This document shows positions 8,602 through 18,974 of a DNA stretch of 64,000 nucleotides, one piece after another; the first letter of the stretch is position 1, and every line of letters starts with the position of its first letter. The notes under the pieces are model-generated. The model did no database searches. It worked only from the letters and a program-made list of their open reading frames with translations, and was not told the DNA's origin. The DNA comes from an uncultured Planctomycetota bacterium (GTDB lineage Bacteria > Planctomycetota > Planctomycetia > Isosphaerales > Isosphaeraceae): contig CAWJTV010000033.1 in assembly GCA_963845755.1 (NCBI GenBank), positions 96,001 through 160,000 on the forward strand, read 5' to 3'. Position numbers and translations under genes: made by a program.

Positions 8602-11600
8602 TTAAGGAGCACTCTTGACCGAGACGGTCAGTTCAGAGGCGCTCATGATCGGCCGGCCCTCGACCTCGGAGAGACCTCGAAGCTGGACGTACCGGGCAGT
8701 CGGCGTGGGGAGGGCGGCATATTTGAACGTCGGGTCGTTCTCCCAACGCCCCCGGGCGAGCGGTTCGCTCCAGGTCTTGCCGTCTTGCGAAACGCGGATC
8801 TCGAAGTCCCGGACGCGTCCATTGGACGACTCCTGTCGCGGGACGTAGAGGAGCCCTTCGACCGCCTGCGGCAGCGCCGAGGTCGAACATTCAGCTCGTG
8901 GGGGTAGCCCGGAGTGGCGCCGACGAATTCGGTGTGCCAGATCGTGTTCAGATCGCCGTCGCTGGCCAGGGCCGGCTCGTAACCGGGGGAGTAGCTGTCG
9001 GCCGAGAATCGCTCGTGGCTCTCCTGGGCGGCGGCAAGTGAAGCCTCGCGGATCCACGCGAGGATCGCGCGATAGGCGGGATGTTCGGTGCTGTCCCATC
9101 TTGGACCGCCGACATGGGTCAAGCCTGTCGGGCTGTCCGGATCGGACCCGCCCTGGCCTTGCGGACTCCGCGGTTTGCGGAGCAGCAGGCTGGATTCGGG
9201 TTCGCCCAGGTTCACGACCTTCAGCGCGGAGTTGTAATTGACCATCAGCGGATCTTCGCCCGAGGCGCGCGCGTCGGGCCCGGCGATGCGAAGGACCGTG
9301 TGGTTTCCGTGACAATCGACACAGGAGTGTCCGTCCTCGCCCGCCTGGTAGAAGAGCGGGTTGACCGACCGCCGGAAGGTCGAGAGGCTCAGGAGCCGAG
9401 GCCGGGCGAGGCGGGCATCGGCGTTGATCGACGCGGGGTTGATTCCAGAGGAAGAGAGGGCGAATCGGGCCCCCGGCCCCAGCACGGGGTCGGCCACCAG
9501 TACCTTGACTCGCCGAGCCAGGGTTGGATCGGAACGCAGCAGGGAGGGCCGCGCAACGATCGCCAGAGCATCCCTGCGGACGAGCCGATCAGGATCGATC
9601 AAGAGACGCTTGAGGTATTCGCGCGCGTCGGCTCGTTCCCAGAAGCCGGATTTCGTTGAAGCGAACTTCAGCCCCAAGAGCCGCATGGCCGGCGCGTCGT
9701 CGGCCAGGGCCGCGAACAGGATTGACGTCGAACCCTTGCTTTCCCGAAGAGCCGGTACCGACTGCACCCCGCGCAGGGTGAGGTCCCGGACCGCGGCAGA
9801 GGGGTCCGTCACCCCGGAACGGAGGACTTGCATGACCTGCTCCCGCGGGTTGATCACGTCCACCAGCGCCGGGCGGGCCAGCAACACCTCGATCGCTTGC
9901 AATCGCTGGGGCTGCGCCAGCCGCGGCCAGGAATGCAGGATGATCGAGAGGATCTCGGCGTCGTGGACCGACGGCCAGCGCAGGATCGGCAGCAAGGCCG
10001 GAGCGGCCTCTCCCCGGTTCATCAGCCGGCGGATCGCCGTCATGATCTCGGGCCGATTGGCCAACCGCTCGTTCCGTCCGATCGCTTGCAGGATCGCCTC
10101 CAGGTCCGCCGGGCTCCCTTCCATCGCCGAGGCGATCAGCTCGATTCGCGCCGGATCCGCCTCGGCACCGGCGAGGTCCAGCTCGCGGGCGACCACCGTG
10201 CGCACCGCGGCCCGCACGCTCTCATCCGGGTCGCGGAGACGATGTAGCAGTGCGATCTGGAAGCCAGCGTTTCGCGTCTGTGCCGGAATCCGGAAGAAGC
10301 TGGCGAGCTGGATGGCCTGCCGGCGCGACACAGCCGGCAGATCGGCCGCCAGCAACGGGATGAACGTCGCTTCCAGCTCCTCGATCTTCGGCTCATCAAG
10401 GAACCCGAACTCGCGGTCATTGCCGACGTCGATCATTCCCGTGGGCTGGCGAGCATAGGACCGCCCCTTGAAGAACGATCCGTCGAACGCCGCGAGCACG
10501 CCGGCGCGCTGGAGGTTGTCGCCATTCCTCAGCGCAGCCAGGATGGGCGTCAAGAGTACGTCGCGTTCGAAGGCCTTGCGCGCCTCGAGGATTCCGGCGC
10601 GCATCGCTTCGGGCAACTCCGTGATGTTCTTCTGAAGACTGACCCCGCCCCCAAGGTTCTCATCGAGCATGATGTAGAGACCCTCGCTGAGGTTCTTCCT
10701 CATGACGGGCTCGTCCCAGAAGGACATCAGTTGGAGGTACATCTCCACGATCCGCCGCGCGAAGCGAGGGTCCTTCGTACGGTAGAACCACTGGCGCAAG
10801 GTCCGGATCTCCTGGAGACCCGTCCAGAAGTCGTTATCGGGGACCGGCGAGAAGAAGGGTTCGGCCAGCTCGAGGTGCTCGTCCATCCCGTGAAACTGAT
10901 ACGCGAAGATTCGCGTCGCCCCGCGGCGAATCCTCGGGGCCCGACTTTGAAGCGCCGCGAGGATCGCAGTGTGACCGATTCCCTGGTTTCCCAGCCGCCG
11001 CAGGGCCCACGCCGCCGCTCGCCAGACGACCTTGGATGGGTCGGGAAGGAGGTGCACCAACGGAGCCACCGAATCCGTCCCACCGATCCGACCCAGGCAG
11101 GCCGCCGCCGTGGCGCGGACGATCGGCTCGGAGTGGCCTAGCAGGAGCACGATGGCTTTTTCGAATTCCGCCCGCTCCGGCGCGGGAACATCCCAGAGGT
11201 TCTCCAGGTCGTCGAGCGTATGGACGAGGGAATCGGTCCGTGGCAGCCGGGCCGGACCGTCATCGCGATTGCCCCAACCTCGAAGCGGGGCCTCGGGTCG
11301 GGGATACGCCTCGGCCAGGGCCATGACGGCATATCGCGTCTCGCGCATCGGCGTGCGGAAGTTCTCATGGGTCGTGGTCTGGATCCAGCCGCCAAAGTCC
11401 TGTTGCTGCGACAACAGGTAGCGCAAGCCTCTGGCCACGGCCGGATGGTCGCGCGGCAGGCCGATGCGAAGTAGCGTCCAGACGAGCTGGCCGGTAGTAT
11501 AGACCGCACTCGGGCCGGCATTGGTGTCGACCTCATGCCAGCCGCCGTCGGGATTCTGGAACTTGAGCAGCGCACCGGTCTCACGCTTGATCTTGTCGGC

Positions 11601-13163
11601 GAACTTGGCCTTGTCGATCAAACCCCAGGCATAGAGCCGATGAATCCGGTCCTGAAGGGTCTCGCTCCGGCGGTCCGTCGATCGCTCGCCGAGGATCTCC
11701 GCAATCTGCGCCGCGGCCTTCGAATAACGCTTCTGGCCCGATCGTTGGCCCAGCTCGTCGAGCACGCGCCGGTCGCGCCAGGCGAAGCCGAACTTGCTGT
11801 CCAGGGGGATCACGCCGTTGAGTTCGTCCGCGGGGAGGTCGCGCCGCGACTCCCAGGCCCGTTCCAGGAACGGCCCGAACCGCTCGACGGTCTTCGTCTC
11901 GTGCTGCGCCACCTGACGCTCGAAGTCCAGGAGGATGCCTCCCTGTTTCCCCTGGGCCTGGAGCGGGATCGCGATGAACCGCTGCCAGTAGAGTCCTTGA
12001 TTGCCATAGAGCGGCGTGATCGAGTTGTATAATCGGTCGATCACGTACTGGAAGTTGGACTTGGAGCGGATCGGATAGCCGTTGCGGTGCGCGACGAGGT
12101 TGGCCTCGGTCGAGAAGCTCGACGGATGGCAGGCCGTGCATCGCGTCGCCGTATCGTGCAAATTGTTGGATCGGACGTAGATGTTCCCCTCGCGCGGGAT
12201 CTGGGCGAACCAGGCATCGCCGACGTTGATGATGTAGTGCATCCCGGCCTCGACCGCCTGCGCCGGCTCCTCATAAGGCGGGACGGGCAACACCCGGGTC
12301 CGGAGGATGTAATCCGGATGATTGGCATTCACTTCTAAATAATAGGTCCCTTTGGAAAACGTCCGGCTGATGTGCTTGGAGTACCGCTCGCGCTCGCGGT
12401 CATGGACGATCTCCATTGGGTCCTTGCCCTGGAGGTAGGGCTCGATCCGACCGATCTTCGCGTCCGATCGGTAGGCCCGCAGGTTCGCCGAGACGTCGCG
12501 GTCGAGCAGGTCGAGCTGGAAGTAGACCAGGATTGGTTTCTCGCCGGTCACTTGGAATCGAAACCAGTCGAGGCCCGACCGGCCCTCGGTCTTGTTCTCG
12601 AGATAATCCACGTCATCGGCCGAGCCGTAGACATCGCGCCCCAGCACGAGCGGGTTGGCCTGTTGCCAGGAGTCGTTGGGCTCGGCCTCGATCGCAGGCT
12701 GGTCGGCCTTCGCGAGTGGGAGATGCGTCCACTCGATCCGGACGGGCAGCTCGATACCGGGGCCCGGCTGCCGCGAGAGGATCAGGCTCGCCCGGCCGTC
12801 GCGTTCTGCACGATACGGCAGATAGAAATCCGGATCGCCCCCATGGAGCTCCTTGCCGATGCGATCCGAGGCCGGGCCGGTGAGCTCGGCGCGCATACGC
12901 TCGAAGAGATTGAACACAACGCCTTCGAGCGTGACCAGCAAGCGATACGTCTCGCCGGCCTTCACCTCGCCGAGCGAGAAGGTGGCTTTCCGGTCGGGCG
13001 CAAGAGAAATCGATCGAATCGTCGAGCTCTCCGACGACTTCAAGTCGTCTCCAGCTCGAGCCAAGGGGGTAACCAGCATCGCCAGCCCGATCCACACGGA
13101 CAAACCGGCGAGACGTGTGACGGGCCTGATGCGCCGTTCGTTCCGGACGCCGGTCGTTGACAT
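8602..13163 (-). CDS. Large secreted multidomain protein: PPC-like domain, CxxCH heme site, QW (squalene cyclase-like) repeats, HEAT repeats, planctomycete cytochrome c domain, C-terminal F5/8 discoidin; frameshift near 8890
   Basis: Signal peptide; EAEPNDSWQQANPL; CTACH; LLKFQNPDGGW and LLSQQQDFGGW; HEAT-like VRATAAACLG repeats; CVDCH...SLLLRKP...HVGG...ILAWI; ASDGDLNTIWHT...YVPRQ...NGRVRDFEIRVSQDGKTW (discoidin). Confidence 0.8.
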
Positions 13164-13679
13164 CGTGCGGTTCCCTCTTGATGCTTCCACGGGCGGAGGC
13201 TGTCGCCCTCGCCACTCTGCTTGAGGGCGTCTCAGGCGGATCGTATCCGTGAAGGCTGTATTCTATCGCCAATCCAGCTTGGTGTTCAAACACGGCGCAC
13301 CGAATACGCGCTCACCCAAGAAGACCTCGAGGCGGACGTCAGCAGCCTCAAGGAGTTCCTCGGCGGACCATTGTGCACTCCGCCATCAACTCCACTGTGA
13401 ATGGGCACCCTTGGCGTTTCGACTGCGAGTCAGCCGCCTTCCTCGCGGCCGTAGGACAGATCCATTACGATCTGGCGTTCGGCTCCGCATCCCGGGGCCT
13501 TCCCCAACAAGTTTTCCAGCCCTTCCGCTTACGCCGAAGAATCCACCTGCGACGGCGCCACGATTACCCGTCGCAATCCGCATCCGGCCACGCATTTGCA
13601 GATCAAAATGCTCTGTCGTCTCCATCGCCTATCAGACCGGATACTTCTCCCACCCAGTAGATCCGCGGAGCACCGCATC

Positions 13680-13976
13680 ATGAGCGTCCTCGACCATCTC
13701 TACAGCCTCGAGATCGAATCCCATCGCCGATTCAGGGAGGAGGCGATCAACGCCGTCGAAGCCTGGAGCATCCACACCAGCTACGCCCTGCAACACGGCT
13801 ATGAACTGCTCCTGCGGACGGTCGGGACCGTCGATTCGGCAGAGCTCGTGAAGGCGAAAGACCGGATGATGGGAATGAGCGATCCCCGCGATGTGCAGTC
13901 GGCTTTCCAATCACTTCGGCAGCGCGAGCATCGTCGATCTTCATTTGCCAATCCACGCCGCGCTGGGTGCTGTTGA
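13680..13976 (+). CDS. Hypothetical protein, 3' end probably disrupted by the IS630 remnant
   Basis: GGAG RBS then MSVLDHLYSLEIESHRRFREEAINAVEAW...; the last codons overlap the IS630 C-terminus on the opposite strand. A further frameshifted ORF may lie at 13249-13660. Confidence 0.35.
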   Translation: MSVLDHLYSLEIESHRRFREEAINAVEAWSIHTSYALQHGYELLLRTVGTVDSAELVKAKDRMMGMSDPRDVQSAFQSLRQREHRRSSFANPRRAGCC

Positions 13977-14930
13977 CATCGGATGACCAAGCGGGTATCC
14001 GCTCGCAGGGTGGGAACATAGACGAAGAGGCGACCGGACACGCACTGGCGTGTCAGGGAGAATAGCTCATTCTCGGCGATATTCAGCGAGCTACCGTGCT
14101 TGGGAGTGTAACAGAACTAGATGCGGAAGACCGACTAGTGCGAAGGGCGGGTGCAAAACTCTCGTAGAATGTGACTTTGGTGTGCGTGTTCAAGTTGTCG
14201 CACACGACGATCACGTGCTCGGCGTAGGCGTAACGGCCTTACATCAGTAGAGCTATCTCGATCGCCCAGTATACCTTGGTTTTCGTCTCGCGAACGGCTA
14301 CCTCGCGCCAAGCAGCGAGTGGTTCGGTGAACATGAAGATGTTCGCTGTCCAGAGAGCTCGTACTCATAGTGAACGCGCGGGCCGTGTCGGAGGGTGGAG
14401 GGGATGGGCACGCGGGTATACTTCAGAAACTGTAACGGTTGCTCGTATATGCACAGCACCGGACGAGTGGGATTATAAGATATCGCGTAGGTCTCAGCAC
14501 TTCCTCCATGTTGGCTACGAACTCGCGTCGGCCTTGGCCGGGATGACCCAGTACTCGAGCTTGCGGTTGGTCATGCCGTTTTTTTTAGCGTACGCCGCAC
14601 GGTTTAGTAACTCACGGACTCGACGATCCCCAACTCCACGACCTCGCGCGCGAGCAGGCGCAATGTACAGTTGGCATAGCTCGGGGGAGGCGATCTCAGT
14701 CGCGTGGCAATGATCCGAGCTTCCTGCTCCCCGCTGAGCAACTTCTCGACCGGTGGTGTCTCACGCTTACTGCGGTCTAGCGCTTCGCCAAAGCCTCGCT
14801 CCACGAGACGCTGACGGATGTTCTCCACGCTCTTGGTTCGGCATCCGAATGCCTCGGCGATCTGCTGGTAGGTACAGTTTGAGCCGTCCGCGTACGCCTT
14901 GAGCAAGATCTGGGCACGCCGTAACTTATC
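13921..14930 (-). mobile_element. Degenerate IS630-family transposase (pseudogene)
   Basis: RRAQILLKA...IAEAFGC...VENIRQRLVERG (HTH), A8 slippery run at 14579-14586, VCDNLNTH, HGSxLNIAE and VDWQM. In-frame stops at 14604 and 14239. Confidence 0.85.
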
Positions 14931-15937
14931 CGGTGCGGGAGCCGTCGTCGCCGACGTCACCGCAGCCACGTGGTGCTTCTGACGCTCAACAGCCACATAC
15001 GGGTCCATGCCGAGCTGCTCCAGTCCCGCCACCGCTTTCGCGCTGAAATAGCCCGTGTCCGCCGTGTTCGGAATCGGCGTCGGGGTCCCGTCGCTGGCCA
15101 TCGGCCGCGGGATCCCAGCCGCCTCCAGATTGTTTAAGGCTGCTTGCGCCATCGGCACCGCCTGTTCCTTGTCGTTGGACGCGCGAGGTCACGTCCGGAG
15201 GCGACGATGATCTGGTACGCGCCATCCACCACCGCCTGGGCGTTGTACGAATAATCGAACCCCTTGTTGCTCTGCTTCATGATCTTCGCTTCGGGGTCGG
15301 TGAAGTTCATTTGCGCCTTCTCCTCGGGACTCGGATCGATCGGAGCCGGTGGCTTGCCCCGGCGTTTGCGGCCGTCCGCTTCCCGCTGGGCTTGGGCCTG
15401 ATCCCGGCGGCGTTGTTCTTCGTCCGCCCGGGCAGCCGCCTCGGCTTCCAGCCGCGCTTTCGCCTCGCGAATCTTGGCCAACCGATCGTCACGCCGCTTC
15501 AATTCCGCCGGCAGTTCGTCGCCGCGACGGCTCCCCAACGCCGCATCTTGCTCGGCGTCGAGCTGCTCAGCTTCCTGGAGCATTTGCTCGATCTCGGCCT
15601 TCAGCCGTTCGATTTCCTTCCCCATGTAGCCGTAGCTCATCGCCTTGTGCCGCGAGGCGTTGGCCCCCATCTTGGTCCCGTCGGTGGACAGGTTCCCCAA
15701 CTTGACCATCCCCAACTCGCCCGCGATGCGCAGCACCTCAAGGAACAGGGGCCGCAGTGCCGCCAGGTGGATCTTGCGAAAATCGCTGATAGTGCGGAAG
15801 TCGGGCCGATCGATACCGACAATGGCTCGGAACGCCAGATTGCGCTCACAGGCGGCGGCGATCTTCCGGCTGGAGCGGACACCGATGCAGTAGGCATAGA
15901 CCAGCAGCGTCACCATCATGGTCACGTCGAAGGGGGC
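14931..15937 (-). mobile_element. Truncated IS1182-family transposase
   Basis: MMVTLLVYAYCIGVRSSRKIAAACERNLAFRAI...PDFRTISDFRK (DUF772), DGTKMGANAS, TDPEAKIMK, YNAQAVVD and ADTGYFS. N- and C-termini are missing. Confidence 0.88.
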
Positions 15938-15969
15938 TAGTCATCCTCGATTGATTCGAGGCTCCGCCG

Positions 15970-16311
15970 TCACCGCTTCCCGGATAGCAGTTCGTTGCCG
16001 CCAGCGGTATATGCGGGCGGCACGTAGACATTGAGCGTGCGCAGCGGCTCTCGGCCCGTATTGCGGATCTCGTGCGTTTCACCCCGCTGGATGAGGACGA
16101 GCGTCCCTTCCCGCAGCTCCACGCGCTTTCCCTCGACCACGGCCATGCCTTCTCCGCTGACGACGAAGAGCCATTGGTCGGTGCCACGGTGGCGGTTGTC
16201 CGGGCCGCCCTCGGTCTCGCCGGGCCCAAGCGTCATCTGGGCGGCCTGCGAGTGATCGTCCCCGAGGACGACGCGGAAACCTTTGCCGAATTGCAGGTGC
16301 TTGTGTTGCAT
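15970..16311 (-). CDS. Cupin domain protein
   Basis: NRHRGTDQWLFVVSGEG...IQRGETHEIRNTG...LNVYVPP, a cupin_2 pattern. Confidence 0.85.
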   Translation of the reverse strand: MQHKHLQFGKGFRVVLGDDHSQAAQMTLGPGETEGGPDNRHRGTDQWLFVVSGEGMAVVEGKRVELREGTLVLIQRGETHEIRNTGREPLRTLNVYVPPAYTAGGNELLSGKR

Positions 16312-16345
16312 GGTGCAATGGTCGATTTGGAAGCGTTGATCCGGA

Positions 16346-16603
16346 CTATCGGGACACCTTGCCTCGCGGTTTCCGCCTCGGCTTCGCCGGGGCGTCTGCG
16401 ACGCCGGTCTTTTCCCGCAGTTCATCGATCTTCATCGACGCCTCGGCCTTGGTCAAATCGTCCCCGACCGCTTCACCGGCCTTGCGGGCGAGCGTGTGGA
16501 GGTAGGAATCTTGTGCGCCGGTCATCGGCTCTTCGCCGGTGGTCCATTCGCTCGGGTCCTTGATCGTTCCGTTGTCGTTGTCGGGAATACCTAGGTCGCT
16601 CAT
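16346..16603 (-). CDS. DUF3072 domain small protein
   Basis: KDPSEWTTGEEPMTGAQDSYLHTLA...LTKAEASMKIDEL signature. Confidence 0.85.
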   Translation of the reverse strand: MSDLGIPDNDNGTIKDPSEWTTGEEPMTGAQDSYLHTLARKAGEAVGDDLTKAEASMKIDELREKTGVADAPAKPRRKPRGKVSR

Positions 16604-16876
16604 CGTGATGGCCTCGCTAATCGGCTCCAGGCACGCCGAGACCCGCTTCCGTGAGGCGGACAACCTCGGCATGCGTGGACAGAATTACAGCAAAGCGCGT
16701 GCCGGAAATCGGGCGAATGATCGACCGGAAACAGGCCAAGAATCACTCGGTTTTTCGGCCCATGAGAACGTCCAGAATACCGAACCAACTCCAGCCTGGG
16801 AACGTATTTAGAGAAGGAAACGAGAGGTGACATAGAGGCGGCCGGGACGGCCGATTTCGATCGAGGAGCGAGTACC

Positions 16877-17137
16877 ATGAGGCGGCTTGAAAACTACGTC
16901 CGAAAATACGGTCCCGAGTTCGGCCCGAAGCTCTACCATGCGCTCCAGAGCCAGGCCGCGCATGCGGGTGTGAGCGCCCGGCTTCGTCGGAAGATCGACG
17001 TCCTTTCGGGGAAGGCTCCCGGTGCCCCGCAACCGCAAGCCGGCGAATCCCTGCCGCTCTTCCCGGAGGCGGTCTTCAAGGAGACCGAGCAGGTATCGGA
17101 ATCCGTGCATGCCGAGCTTTTGGCGAGCGTCGCATAA
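16877..17137 (+). CDS. Hypothetical small protein
   Basis: GAGGAG RBS, high-GC codon usage, and a hairpin terminator downstream. Confidence 0.6.
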   Translation: MRRLENYVRKYGPEFGPKLYHALQSQAAHAGVSARLRRKIDVLSGKAPGAPQPQAGESLPLFPEAVFKETEQVSESVHAELLASVA

Positions 17138-17167
17138 GTCGTGTCTCGTGCATCAACGCCGATTCGT

Positions 17168-17207
17168 GAAACAACCCCGCGGCCAGGGAGGGCCCGGGGT
17201 TTCTTCG
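17168..17207. terminator. Probable bidirectional intrinsic terminator
   Basis: AACCCCG(C)GGCC-agggag-GGCCCGGGGTT hairpin flanked by A-rich and T-rich tails, between convergent genes. Confidence 0.6.
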
Positions 17208-17224
17208 TGCGCCCGGCATACGGA

Positions 17225-17479
17225 TCAAGCCAGCAGGGAGTCCTGCCTGCCCTCGCTCTCAGGCGCGTAGAGGTCGTCGCAGCCGCCGACATGCGTGTCG
17301 CCGATGAAGATCTGCGGGACGGTCTGACGGCCGCCGGCGCGACCGACCATCTCATCGCGGAGGGCGTCGTTGGCGGAGATCTCCACCTCGGTGAACGCTG
17401 CGCCCTTGCGGGCGAGCCGCGTTTTCGCGCGGGTGCAGTAGCCGCACCAGTTCCTGGTATAGATGACCACGTCCTTCAT
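17225..17479 (-). CDS. grxC: Glutaredoxin 3
   Basis: IYTRNWCGYC, TVPQIFI and HVGGCDDL. Confidence 0.9.
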   Translation of the reverse strand: MKDVVIYTRNWCGYCTRAKTRLARKGAAFTEVEISANDALRDEMVGRAGGRQTVPQIFIGDTHVGGCDDLYAPESEGRQDSLLA

Positions 17480-17491
17480 GGCTGGCTTGCG

Positions 17492-18400
17492 TCAAGGCAA
17501 GTGGTGGCCGCCGGTCACCCCGTAGACTTCCGCCGTCACGTAGCTCGACTCCTGAGAGGCGAGGAAGACGTAGACGGATGCCAGTTCCGCCGGCTGGCCT
17601 GGGCGACCCAAAGGTGTGTTCTCGCCGAAGTGCGGGATCTTCTCGGGCGGCTGGCCGCCGCTCGGCTGGAGGGGCGTCCAGATCGGTCCGGGAGCCACGG
17701 CGTTGACGCGGATGCCCTTCTCAGCGACCTGCTTGGCCAGGGCTTTGGTGAACGCGACGATGGCGGCCTTTGTCGAGGAGTAATCGAGGAGTTGCTTCGA
17801 GGGCTGATAGGCCACGATCGAGGCCGTATTGATGATCGTCGCGCCAGCCGGCATATGCGGCAATGCGGCCTTGCACAGCCAGAACATGGCATAGACGTTC
17901 GTCTTGAAGGTTTCGTCGAATTGCTCGGTGGTGAGGTCGGTGATGTCATCGCAGGCGATCTGATGCCCCGCAACATTCACCAGGATGTCGAGGCCGCCCA
18001 GGCCTTTCCTGGCGTCCTCGACGAGCTTTTTGCAGAACGCCTCATCCTGAATGTCGCCGGGGAGGGGAACAGCCTTGGTGCCCGACTTCTCGATGAGGGC
18101 GATTACTTCCTTGGCGTCCGGCCTCTCGGAGAGAAGGTAATTCAAAGCGATGTCGGCGCCCTCGCGGGCGAATGCGATGGCAGCCGCGCGGCCGATGCCC
18201 GAGTCCGCCCCAGTGATCAGGGCCTTGCGGCCCTTGAGGCGTCCGAATCCCTGATAGCTCTCCTCGCCGTGATCGGGCTTCGGGTCCATTTCGCGGGCCA
18301 ATCCCGGCGGCGATTGGGTCTGATCGGGGAACTCCGGCCTGGGGTATTGCCGGGTCGGGTCCTGCATCTCGTATTGATTCTTGGACGACTTGACTTTCAT
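17492..18400 (-). CDS. SDR oxidoreductase, YghA/YhdF (general stress protein 39) type
   Basis: [36 protein letters not shown] and [12 protein letters not shown]. The real start is ATG 18400, inside ORF 17492..18910. Confidence 0.9.
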   Translation of the reverse strand: MKVKSSKNQYEMQDPTRQYPRPEFPDQTQSPPGLAREMDPKPDHGEESYQGFGRLKGRKALITGADSGIGRAAAIAFAREGADIALNYLLSERPDAKEVIALIEKSGTKAVPLPGDIQDEAFCKKLVEDARKGLGGLDILVNVAGHQIACDDITDLTTEQFDETFKTNVYAMFWLCKAALPHMPAGATIINTASIVAYQPSKQLLDYSSTKAAIVAFTKALAKQVAEKGIRVNAVAPGPIWTPLQPSGGQPPEKIPHFGENTPLGRPGQPAELASVYVFLASQESSYVTAEVYGVTGGHHLP

Positions 18401-18497
18401 CGCTCGATAGTCCTGCGGTGTATCGCCAATCAACTTACATATACCTGACGCCGATGGCCGGGCTCTGGGCCTGCCCGGCCTCCGGTGTCTGGTTTTC

Positions 18498-18815
18498 TCA
18501 AGAGCCGGCCTTGGCCGCCTGATTCCGCTTGCGGGTGGCTGCGGCCTTTTTCGCCGAAGCGGACCGTTCGGCCGCGCTTCGGGACGATGAGGCAGCACCG
18601 CCCTTCTTTCCGCCCTTCTGACTCGAGACGTGTGACTCCGGCTTGCCGCGCCCGCTGCCCGACTTCTCGCCGCCGCCGGACTCCTTATTGACCGTCGCCC
18701 AGGCCCGGCTCTTGGCTTCCTTCTCCGAGGTACCGCGGTTCTCGTAGCTTTCGGCGATGTGTTCGGCCTTGCGTTTCTGCTTGTCGCTGTATTTGGACTT
18801 GTCGCCGCGAGGCAT
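18498..18815 (-). CDS. Small basic stress-associated protein (MPRGDKSKY... family)
   Basis: [25 protein letters not shown]...AWATVNK...KGGKKGG...[16 protein letters not shown]. Confidence 0.8.
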   Translation of the reverse strand: MPRGDKSKYSDKQKRKAEHIAESYENRGTSEKEAKSRAWATVNKESGGGEKSGSGRGKPESHVSSQKGGKKGGAASSSRSAAERSASAKKAAATRKRNQAAKAGS

Positions 18816-18974
18816 GGTTCTGACTCCAAATCTCGCCTGGGAAGTTGGAAGGTTCCGGCTAACATCGGGGATGCAAACGGAATGCCGGTTGCTAGGGAAA
18901 GGCCAATCAACGCCGAAGGCTGCGACCATGTTGCTCGTCAGAAGCCGATTCGATTGAGAGAAGGAGAGTGATCG

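Noticed and set aside
11300..12200. Squalene-hopene cyclase
   Set aside because: QW-like repeats are present, but there is no DxDD motif, only a partial barrel, and the protein is secreted.
17141..18448. 435-aa + strand ORF
   Set aside because: Antisense to the SDR and grxC; such shadows are common opposite SDR genes.
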